Positions 13,383-21,633 of a stretch of DNA of 28,634 nt are shown one piece after another. A program made the translations under genes and the position numbers. The notes beneath the pieces were generated by a model, which had not been told where the DNA came from, did not search any database, and saw only the letters and a list, made by a program, of their open reading frames with translations. How positions within the stretch are numbered: the stretch's first letter is position 1; each line of letters starts with the position of its first letter. The DNA is taken from positions 1 to 28,634 of the IMG/VR virus record IMGVR_UViG_3300037502_000757; one strand, written 5' to 3'. Source of the stretch: a virus (Duplodnaviria; Caudoviricetes).

Positions 13383-13587
13383 CAAAGAGTGTTGGGAACG
13401 AGGATGTTCCTGCTATGACGACAGAGTAGATAAAGACCCGGTGGAGGTTGTGAATCTGACAGGACTGACTGACCAGCAGGTGTTTGATCTTGCTGATAAA
13501 CATCTATACGGAGGTAAGAACTACAACATTCTGAGTTTCTATAAGGCGATTGAAGAAAAGCTAAGGAGTAAAAATGAACAAGCATGA
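13372..13587 (+). CDS. Hypothetical protein (GLTD...IEEKLRSKN tail)
   Basis: Shared tail, overlapping neighbours. Confidence 0.65.
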   Translation: MLVSKECWERGCSCYDDRVDKDPVEVVNLTGLTDQQVFDLADKHLYGGKNYNILSFYKAIEEKLRSKNEQA

Positions 13588-13885
13588 AGGACTGGAGATC
13601 GGCCATAAGATGGCTGAGGTAGCAGGTTCTAACGCCGGAGAAGAATGGAAAGAGATAGCATTCAATGCTTTTAAGAACCATGCTAAGACGCATAACGTCT
13701 TTACTACAGAGCAAGTAAGGAAAGCAAACCCTGATCTGCCAGCTCCGCCTGATCCCCGGGCGTGGGGAGCTATTGCCTTACGGGCGAGGAAAGAAAGGTT
13801 GGTAGATGTAGAGTCTTGGGTCCGGGCAGATAGTAGAAAAGTCCACGGAATGGTTGTAACTCTTTGGAGGTCAAATCTAGTATGA
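13574..13885 (+). CDS. Hypothetical phage protein (P.D.RAWG family)
   Basis: FTTEQVR...PPDPRAWGA...H......W.S motif. RBS AAGGAG. Confidence 0.7.
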   Translation: MNKHEGLEIGHKMAEVAGSNAGEEWKEIAFNAFKNHAKTHNVFTTEQVRKANPDLPAPPDPRAWGAIALRARKERLVDVESWVRADSRKVHGMVVTLWRSNLV

Positions 13886-14337
13886 AACCAGTAGTATGGA
13901 TACACAAAGCAAGTGGCCGAATTCGTTTCGATGGGAAAGACCTTCCCGATTCGTGGATTCCACTTTATGCGCAAGAGGATTTAGAACTGGATCCTCTAAA
14001 AGGAAGTGATCAACCTGATCTGCCAGCGAAAACAAGAAAGATTTGGGCTTACATCAAAACACTAAAACAACCTGTATCTACGAATGTGATTGCAAATCAC
14101 TTTGCCATCACCGCCGCAGCAGCAGCTAAACACTTGTCTGCGCTCAAAAGCGCAAACCTGTTACAGAAGAAACGTGTAGGCGCACAAGTAGTCTGGCCGG
14201 TTGTAAGAGTCTCTGAGCCAATCGCACCTAAAAAAGAACCAGTGTTAAAGACAATCCCTTTCAAACCTGAAGTGACTAACTGGCCTACCAGCACCTTCAC
14301 TACAAGTTATCCACATGCGAGAGGATACGATGACTAA
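13882..14337 (+). CDS. Winged-helix-like protein with an N-terminal KPV.W...PLY module
   Basis: KIWAYIK...STNVIANHFAIT..AA.KHLS.L fits an HTH pattern. Confidence 0.55.
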   Translation: MKPVVWIHKASGRIRFDGKDLPDSWIPLYAQEDLELDPLKGSDQPDLPAKTRKIWAYIKTLKQPVSTNVIANHFAITAAAAAKHLSALKSANLLQKKRVGAQVVWPVVRVSEPIAPKKEPVLKTIPFKPEVTNWPTSTFTTSYPHARGYDD

Positions 14338-14623
14338 AACGTTGGGCGATGTTATTAAAGACAGTCTGAGGATAAATGAAATAATGAGCCAAGATCAGAA
14401 AGCAGATGACGCGGTAAACGCGCCTAATCACTACACAGTCGGCGGGATAGAAACGATTGACTACATCCGGGCTAAGCTGACAGCAGATGAACTTCGCGGG
14501 TATTTTCTTGGAAATCTACTGAAATATTTAAGTAGGGCAAAGCACAAAGACGGTTTGCAGGATTATAAAAAGGCTCAGGTGTATCTTAATTGGTTAATTG
14601 AGCTAGAGCAGCGTGAACAATAA
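14330..14623 (+). CDS. DUF3310 (SaV-like / T7 gp1.7-like) protein
   Basis: D.VN.P.HYT.GGIETIDYI...GY..GN.LKY.SR...K.G.QD.KKA..YL..LI signature. Confidence 0.85.
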   Translation: MTKTLGDVIKDSLRINEIMSQDQKADDAVNAPNHYTVGGIETIDYIRAKLTADELRGYFLGNLLKYLSRAKHKDGLQDYKKAQVYLNWLIELEQREQ

Positions 14624-14873
14624 GCTCACCCAGAAGCAACGCGCACACATCCAGCGGGTGAAAGAACTTCCCTGCTCGGTGTGTGACGCGCCACCACCGA
14701 GTGACGCCCACCACATCAAGCAGTCACTACAGTACTGCGTAGTAGCTCTTTGTAAGGACTGCCATCAGAACCCTGTTCTAGGGTTCCACGGGCAGAAAAG
14801 AATGTGGGCGATAAAGAAGATGGAAGAGCTAGACGCTCTCAACGTTACGATTGAGAGGCTATCTGCTTCTTGA
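14613..14873 (+). CDS. Ref-like / HNH-type Zn-finger nuclease
   Basis: H...VK.LPC.VC......DAHHI......ALC..CH......G.HG motif. Confidence 0.7.
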   Translation: MNNKLTQKQRAHIQRVKELPCSVCDAPPPSDAHHIKQSLQYCVVALCKDCHQNPVLGFHGQKRMWAIKKMEELDALNVTIERLSAS

Positions 14874-17800
14874 GCATCTGAATATTCTTGGTGAGTTGTT
14901 GTTCTAACTTACCGATATTCGAAAGAGTATCTCTCTTAGAATCCGCGTCCATATTAGAAATCCGGACAAGGTTCTTCATCTCCCGGTACTCTTTCATCGT
15001 CTTCTCAAGGTCGTTTATATAGTCCTTGACGGCTAGCATCTGTACGTTCTCTTGCATGTACTTGCCGTAGTTCTCAAAGTCCATCGACCGCTGTAAGAAG
15101 TTAGAAGTCCTGACTACCTCGTCTACACTATTCTTAAGATCGTAGTAGGCAGAGATCGCACCTCTAGCTTCCGGGTCTACCATGAACCGCTTTAACACCG
15201 GCATCTGCTCTAAGCGCCTAGAGGCTTTCGGAGCCTCTGAGTTCATGTCAAAGAACGAATCAAACAGGTTGACGGCGTACATCCCCATCGTTCCTGTGTA
15301 GCCCTGAATAAGGTAATCCAGCTTGATCGGGGAGATGTTAAGCGCCTGCCCAATAGCTCCTGCCACCTTAGACGTATTAGGTCCGACTTGGTACTCGGGA
15401 GAGATGTTCTCCATCCCCGGTGAGATAATCGGTCGCTGGGTGAAGAACGAGTAGTTAGTGGTCACTTCCACCGCCGGGAGGAAGGTCTGAGGAATAGGAT
15501 TAAAGGCAAAGGTAGACATGAACTGTCTACTCATCGACTTTAAGAAGTCCTTACCCGTATCAGATCCGAATGAGTACTCTAAGATCCGTTCAGGTATGAC
15601 TTTAAACATCACACCTATTTCAAAAGGGATCGGAATCTTTACCCCTGCCGAGGGGAAGAGCCAATAGTTATCCCGCGTCTCTTGTTCCTGAGCTTTGTAC
15701 TCTTCGTCGTCATGCGTTAATAACCAATACATGGATGAGAGAGCCATTAACATCATGCCTCTCACCCAGAAGGTGTTCATCCGCTTCTTCTCTGCCTCAG
15801 TAGCGTCACCGCTGATAGGCCTCATACCAGACCTATACAGAACATCCAGCCCCTGTATCCGGGCGTTCATAAACGGTACAGCAGCCGTCAGGATCCGGAT
15901 AATAGGTGACCTACCCTTCCGGTTGAAGTTCATGATCTCTAACGCTTGATAGAGAGCTTCTGCTTCGTTCCCGGTCTGTTCTAAGACCTTCTTATAGATC
16001 TCCTGCCTAGTTGCTGAGTCAGAGGCTTCAGATGACTTCTCCAGCGCACCCCAGAGGGTAGTCGCTGGAGAAGTGAGCTTCTCCATCGTCGTTCTAGCCT
16101 TAGCGGCTTTACGGATCTCAGCTTCCAGCTTCCGGGCGCTGGTCTCTACGCCTTGAGAGTAATCATACCCACCGATAACGCCAGCGCTTCTAAGTTCTCT
16201 CATCTCAGGAGACTTGTCAGCGATAGCTTTAGCGTACTGTTTTAACGTAGCTACGATAGGTGTGAACTTAAATCCAGACGCGACATAAGCGGATAACGAA
16301 TCCCGCATCATGTTAGCTAGCTGGAACGCCGGGTCTTTGGTGACGAGGTTTCGTAAGATACGAGCCGGGGCAGACAACAGACCAATAAACGGGATATCAG
16401 GTTGATAGAGAGACTTAAGAGACTCTATAAACATCGGGTCTCTAGCTTGGTAGTAGGTCTCTTTACCGTCCTCTAGAACCCGGTAAACCGTAGGCCCAGA
16501 CTGGGGGCGGTCTAGCTTAACAACCTCCCCGATCCGCATAGCCTGATCTGTAGCTCTACGGGCGGCTACGTTCTTAATCCCTGCCTGGATGGCAGACTGC
16601 GTATTCCTTACGATGGTCTCGAAGAAGTCTGTGACTTCTGACTCACTACCCTTGGCAGCTTTCGGTCCCTGTACGTTAGCGATAGACGTAAAGAGCCGTG
16701 GGCCTTGAATGTCATCCTCTCCTAGGTGCCTATAGAGAGGGAAGTAGTCTCCATGCTTCTTCATCTCCTTAGCACCGGCTTCACTTACCACGCCGGTATC
16801 TCGCATGAAATCTACTAAACCATTGTTATAGGCGATCCACTTCTTCTGGATCTCTACAAACTCAGGAAAGGCTTTCTCGATCTTTTCAGCACGCTTGATG
16901 TCGTCTTGCGTAAAGAGCTTCTCTTCGTACTTCCCTGTCCCGGGATTCAGGATGAACTTAGATGTACGTTTAACGTCTGCCCAGAACTGATACTGACTGT
17001 AAGCGTCAGGCTCGCCGAGTTTAGGTTTAGCGTAGGTAGCCAACTGCTGGAAGATCGGAAGAAGCCCTTCGGCTTTATCCATCACCTTGGTATAGCCTTG
17101 TTCGTAAACCTTAGCGCCGGGAACCTTTTTAGCGGCAGCGTCCGCAGCAGCTTTAGTGTTATGTGTACTAAGCTCTAAGAAGTCTTTCTCTACTACATAC
17201 TTCTTAACGTAGACAGGGATACCACCCTTTCTATCGTTAACACCCATAGCAGAAGCAGCTAGACCGCCACCGAGGTCAGCAAACAGCGCAGCAGATTCAG
17301 CTTTAGCATCTGCCAACTGTTCCTTCCCGCCCATCAGCTTTATCTGTTTAGCGGCTTCTCTATCGAACCTAGCAAGAGCGTCGTACCGGTTTATGAACTC
17401 TTTCCGGAACTTAGAGAACTGCTTGGGGGAGATAGCTTCTAAGGTTTTCTCGATATACCCAGCTTGATAACGCGGGACGATAGTAGCCTTAATGCGATCC
17501 GTTACGTCAGACGATAAGGTCGGGAGAGGGCGGAGGCTGAATCTGATATCACCAGCCTGCTGAGATTTAGAGGCTTCTTCTACAGTTAAACCAGCTTGCT
17601 CTGCCTCTTCCTTGGTTAAAGGACGAGAGCCAAACGTTCCAATGTTATAAATTGATTTAATTTGTTCTGGATAGAACGCGACTACTTCAACAATTGATCC
17701 TTCTGAATTACGTTTAACAATCCCGTCATACCCCTCCTGGCGCAACTTTGCGTTTTCTTTATCATTAATCTGGCCCAAATACGGACGGGTATAGGCGTCT

Positions 17801-20800
17801 GTGATTAAAGGATTTTGAATTGACAAATAAACTGGAACAACTTTTGCGCCTTCATCTTCGGCATATTCCGAAGCCATTTTAGCGTTGGGGGAAAAATAAG
17901 CCCCCGGGCCTAATGACAACCCGCGCCCAACACCTGCCATTGTGTCAAAAGTTACAAAATCGGAAGTTGTTCCGTGATATACAATTAACGGCTTTCCTTT
18001 TTTGTCAATAATTTTGCTTTCACGAAACCACTGTTTAAACTCTTCCGTTTTAGGCGAACGCAGGCTCGCCTTCTCTTCTGCCTTGGTGGGTTTAACCGGC
18101 GGGACAGGAAGCTCTCCCTTCTCAACAGCACCAAACACATCTTCGGCAGTGTCGTAACCGCCTACTTTCATAGCTTGTTTGATAGCTTTAAACAGGTTCT
18201 GCATCCTGTTCAGGATTGCCTTCATCATCCCGGCAGGAGGCGGAGCCTTTGTAAAATCAGCGAAGGCATCAGCAATAGACTCTTCTACGATAGCTTCCAT
18301 ATCACCATCGTAGAGCTGCATATAAGCGTCGTACCGGGTCATCTCTTTCCCGTCTACAACCGCCTTCTGGCCTTTTAGATATCGATCAATCCATTCTTTA
18401 TTTGCCCGGTCGGTCAAGACCTTCCACTGTTGGGGCGTAAAGAACCCTAGCTCTTTCAGAGCATGGATGGCTTCGTGACGTAACGTCCTGACGGGATTGT
18501 CTAGATCAAGAGCAAGCTTAATGAGCTGGCCGGAGTAAGAACCTTCATCGGCCATCCCTTCTTCTAGGTTTACTTTGACATCCTTTAAACCATACTTGGC
18601 GAGGATCTTATTAAGTACACCTTGAAGCTGGTCGATCTTCTCTTGTAGTTCAGGAGCGCGTACCTTCTCTTCTGGCGGTTTGGCTTCTGACGGCTTAGCT
18701 GCTTTAGCTTCTAGCTCTTTGAACTTAGCCTCTGAGACCTGCGGGGCTACTTGAGCGAGGCTTTTCTTAACGGGCTTTTTCTTAACCTCTTTGGCAGGGG
18801 TAAGTTGATCGTAAACCGTCAGAACTTCTAATAACGCTGTGCTGTTCTTAATCCCTAGCAGGTCAGCGATAGTCTGAACAAACTTAGACCATGCGGATTG
18901 TTTCTCGTAAGGGATAGTGTTTAAGAAGAACTGGAAGCTAGGATTGCCTAATCCTTCAGCGATGAATTCTTGAATCCCGGTAACGCCGTAAAACTCAAGA
19001 TCTTTCTCTTCCGCGATCTTCTTAACGTCTTCGAACAACTTTTGTAAACGTTTGACGTGCGGAGCCTGAGCCTTTGTAGGATTGGCTACTGCTTCATATA
19101 CCTGCGCGTGTACAACCTCATGAGCGACAACGCCTTCGTCTTTGGCGAAGTAATTAGTTACCTTGATTTTTTTAGATTTGGGGTCGTAAGACCCCCCGGG
19201 CACGCCAACTGTCAAAATGACAGCAGACGCATTGTTCTTGATAACATCTTCACCTATACGGTCAAATTCAGCATCAACCTTTTGTTTGATTTCTTTTAAT
19301 TGCTGAGCTTCGGTTTGATAAGAGCGTACGTATAAATCTTTTAGATTTAAAGCTAACCATACTGAAATGTCTCGTGGTTCAGTTTCCTGTACCTCTACAA
19401 TCTTATTGTTTACTTCTTTAAAAGTGAAAGGTTTAAACTCGACCCCGTTGTCCAGCGAATCTCGTAAAGCAAGAAGATTTTTGGCGTAATTACTGCGCCA
19501 CTGGTCTAAAAACAAATCTCTACCAAGGTAGCTTTCGCCTGCCTCTGGGTTGATCTCAACAGAAACCCCGGCAGGAACACCTTTTCTGCCTACTTCAGCA
19601 ACGATGGGGTTCTTACTACGAGATAAAGCATTGGTAATGCCGGTGACGTTACCTGCCTTAGCAGAAGCCAATAGCTGAGGGTTGTCCCGGCGAGCCCTTA
19701 AGTTCTCACCACGAACCGCGCCAATCTTCTCTGCAAATTCTTGTTTGGCCTTACGCTCTTCTTGTAAAGCTTTGATCTCCGCCTTGCGCTCTTCCGTTAG
19801 TGGAGCGGGTTTTGTTTTCGTTGTTGATACAAGTTGCTCAGCAGGTTCTGTAACAGGAGCCACTCCACCTCGCTCAGATGGAGCAAGTCCCTCGGCGGGG
19901 GGCTGTTCTCCAGCCCGTCGTCCAGCCACTGCAACGCCTTCTCCACTTGGTTGAGGGTAAGTTCGTTGAGCATAGAATCCACTCCCCGGTCGGCTTTCAA
20001 GGTAACGATCAATACTATCTAATACACCTTCTAACTTGTCATACAAGTCTGGCGTAGCCCTTTTTTGAGCAGCTTCTAGAGTCTTGACAACAAAGTCTGC
20101 CTCGTCTGGATTGTTAAGATCCTTATCCTTAACCTGATCATAGACAGGATCAGTTCTAGGAATCCCCGCCGCCCGTAAATCCGTCGCCCGGAGAGTAAAA
20201 GCTTCCGGCAGGTCAAACCCTCTACTTTTGGCTTCTTCCTGTAACAGGTTATAGAGCGTCCTAGCCTGCTCAACGCTCTGATCTCTTTCAGGACTCTCAG
20301 GATCTTTCTTGGTCTTAGAGATGTACTCTAATAACGACACAAGCTGGTCTTTCGGAGTTTCTTTCGTATTTACAAGGTCAATCAACCCAGTGCCGGTGAG
20401 GTACGTAGGCTTCTCCGGCTCTTCTGCAAAAGGATAAGGTTTATCAGTAGGAGTCTGACGGGCTTCTGCCTCGCTCACGACTCTCTTACGGAGTTCTATA
20501 GCGGCTTCTAACGACGCCTGCTTCTCAGGACTATCCGGCTCTTGTTTGATTCGTTCGGCGTACTGTACGAGCTTCCCATACCCGTTCTCTTCTGCTGCCA
20601 TAGAGGCGAGTTCAGAACTGGATAGAAACGGACTCTTCTCCGGCTGAGCCGTCATCTGTTTGATGTCAAAGTTCAGACGTTGAGCGGTCTGTTCCAATGA
20701 CTCCCCCGGACGTTGGCCGGGAGCTAACGGTTCTTCTACCTGCTTCTGTCTTTCAATATACCTACCAACAGGAGCTAACGTCCCACCCAGTACAGCACCA

Positions 20801-21621
20801 CCGATAAAGCTGTCTAAGTACTCCGCCCGGGCGGAAGGATCAGCTATGTTTAACCCAGCCTGTAGGCGTTCTAAGAACGACTGACCAGACTCTGTAAGAC
20901 CTTCTACGCCTGCGGTCTTGCCGGTAGTGACGGCGTAGTCTTTAATAGTGTTAGTGATACCTTGCTTAGCAAGGTTCTGAGCAGCTTCCTCTGTAATTTC
21001 TTTCCCGACAGAGGTAAAGAGTTGCCTAATAAGAGGTACGGCTCTAAAGGCGATTACGTCTAACGCAGCTTGAGGGACGGCAGCAGCAGCGGCAGCACCA
21101 AAGCTAGCTTCGTCTAGAGATTTGCCTGTCTCTAGCTGTCTAGCTAAGTTTGACCCGGTAAACTGGGCAGCAGATGTAAGGCCAGCCGCTCCCAGACCAG
21201 CAGCGACCGCAGCAGTACCAGTAAGGGGCGCAACAGCGGCAGCACCAGCAGCAGCCAGTGGCGCAGCCATATACGGCAGAGAACCGCCTAAAAGTTCTGT
21301 GAACTTAGTAAACGCCCCGTCAGACCATTTATCGGTAGGAGTGAAGATCCGTCTAGCTTCTGCTTCCCGGGCCTCAAACTTCTTCTGAGCTTCCTCGGGA
21401 GAAAGAATACCAAGCTTCCCTCCTAAGAGGGCAGCTTCACCTAGCAATGATTGCGTAGAGGCTTTAACCGCCGGGAGGAAGCCAGACTCACCTTTCGGCG
21501 CTTCCAGCCCCATTTTTACAACATCGTACCCGCCAGCCTTCAGACGGTTAATGATCTCAGTCTGAGTCGTGCCTTCAGGGACATTGTTTAATACGGTGCC
21601 ATCCGGCAGACGAACATCCAT
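14845..21621 (-). CDS. Large polyvalent virion/ejection protein (two zincin HExxH domains, ART-like domain, C-terminal LPD38-like region)
   Basis: 2258 aa. N-terminal V.LPDG....VP.G motif and Ala/Gly-rich hydrophobic segments; AHEVVHA...EFIAEG; RHEAIHA...EESIADAF; FKQWF..SK..D..GKPL.VYHGT...G.YF...YA...PVYL.I.NP...GYDGI...VAF.P.QIKS; C-terminal PF.NA..QG, IP.PFE.G..FK and SP..LDY...GY.G motifs. Confidence 0.85.
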   Translation of the reverse strand: MDVRLPDGTVLNNVPEGTTQTEIINRLKAGGYDVVKMGLEAPKGESGFLPAVKASTQSLLGEAALLGGKLGILSPEEAQKKFEAREAEARRIFTPTDKWSDGAFTKFTELLGGSLPYMAAPLAAAGAAAVAPLTGTAAVAAGLGAAGLTSAAQFTGSNLARQLETGKSLDEASFGAAAAAAVPQAALDVIAFRAVPLIRQLFTSVGKEITEEAAQNLAKQGITNTIKDYAVTTGKTAGVEGLTESGQSFLERLQAGLNIADPSARAEYLDSFIGGAVLGGTLAPVGRYIERQKQVEEPLAPGQRPGESLEQTAQRLNFDIKQMTAQPEKSPFLSSSELASMAAEENGYGKLVQYAERIKQEPDSPEKQASLEAAIELRKRVVSEAEARQTPTDKPYPFAEEPEKPTYLTGTGLIDLVNTKETPKDQLVSLLEYISKTKKDPESPERDQSVEQARTLYNLLQEEAKSRGFDLPEAFTLRATDLRAAGIPRTDPVYDQVKDKDLNNPDEADFVVKTLEAAQKRATPDLYDKLEGVLDSIDRYLESRPGSGFYAQRTYPQPSGEGVAVAGRRAGEQPPAEGLAPSERGGVAPVTEPAEQLVSTTKTKPAPLTEERKAEIKALQEERKAKQEFAEKIGAVRGENLRARRDNPQLLASAKAGNVTGITNALSRSKNPIVAEVGRKGVPAGVSVEINPEAGESYLGRDLFLDQWRSNYAKNLLALRDSLDNGVEFKPFTFKEVNNKIVEVQETEPRDISVWLALNLKDLYVRSYQTEAQQLKEIKQKVDAEFDRIGEDVIKNNASAVILTVGVPGGSYDPKSKKIKVTNYFAKDEGVVAHEVVHAQVYEAVANPTKAQAPHVKRLQKLFEDVKKIAEEKDLEFYGVTGIQEFIAEGLGNPSFQFFLNTIPYEKQSAWSKFVQTIADLLGIKNSTALLEVLTVYDQLTPAKEVKKKPVKKSLAQVAPQVSEAKFKELEAKAAKPSEAKPPEEKVRAPELQEKIDQLQGVLNKILAKYGLKDVKVNLEEGMADEGSYSGQLIKLALDLDNPVRTLRHEAIHALKELGFFTPQQWKVLTDRANKEWIDRYLKGQKAVVDGKEMTRYDAYMQLYDGDMEAIVEESIADAFADFTKAPPPAGMMKAILNRMQNLFKAIKQAMKVGGYDTAEDVFGAVEKGELPVPPVKPTKAEEKASLRSPKTEEFKQWFRESKIIDKKGKPLIVYHGTTSDFVTFDTMAGVGRGLSLGPGAYFSPNAKMASEYAEDEGAKVVPVYLSIQNPLITDAYTRPYLGQINDKENAKLRQEGYDGIVKRNSEGSIVEVVAFYPEQIKSIYNIGTFGSRPLTKEEAEQAGLTVEEASKSQQAGDIRFSLRPLPTLSSDVTDRIKATIVPRYQAGYIEKTLEAISPKQFSKFRKEFINRYDALARFDREAAKQIKLMGGKEQLADAKAESAALFADLGGGLAASAMGVNDRKGGIPVYVKKYVVEKDFLELSTHNTKAAADAAAKKVPGAKVYEQGYTKVMDKAEGLLPIFQQLATYAKPKLGEPDAYSQYQFWADVKRTSKFILNPGTGKYEEKLFTQDDIKRAEKIEKAFPEFVEIQKKWIAYNNGLVDFMRDTGVVSEAGAKEMKKHGDYFPLYRHLGEDDIQGPRLFTSIANVQGPKAAKGSESEVTDFFETIVRNTQSAIQAGIKNVAARRATDQAMRIGEVVKLDRPQSGPTVYRVLEDGKETYYQARDPMFIESLKSLYQPDIPFIGLLSAPARILRNLVTKDPAFQLANMMRDSLSAYVASGFKFTPIVATLKQYAKAIADKSPEMRELRSAGVIGGYDYSQGVETSARKLEAEIRKAAKARTTMEKLTSPATTLWGALEKSSEASDSATRQEIYKKVLEQTGNEAEALYQALEIMNFNRKGRSPIIRILTAAVPFMNARIQGLDVLYRSGMRPISGDATEAEKKRMNTFWVRGMMLMALSSMYWLLTHDDEEYKAQEQETRDNYWLFPSAGVKIPIPFEIGVMFKVIPERILEYSFGSDTGKDFLKSMSRQFMSTFAFNPIPQTFLPAVEVTTNYSFFTQRPIISPGMENISPEYQVGPNTSKVAGAIGQALNISPIKLDYLIQGYTGTMGMYAVNLFDSFFDMNSEAPKASRRLEQMPVLKRFMVDPEARGAISAYYDLKNSVDEVVRTSNFLQRSMDFENYGKYMQENVQMLAVKDYINDLEKTMKEYREMKNLVRISNMDADSKRDTLSNIGKLEQQLTKNIQMLKKQIASQS
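19797..19973 (-). CDS. Probable overprinted nested gene (58 aa) in an alternative frame of the polyvalent gene
   Basis: MLNELTLNQVEKALQWLDDGLENSPPPRDLLHLSEVEWLLLQNLLSNLYQQRKQNPLH. RBS GGGGAG 8 nt upstream. Lies over a low-complexity linker of the host gene. Confidence 0.55.
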   Translation of the reverse strand: MLNELTLNQVEKALQWLDDGLENSPPPRDLLHLSEVEWLLLQNLLSNLYQQRKQNPLH

Positions 21622-21633
21622 TCGAGAGCCTCA

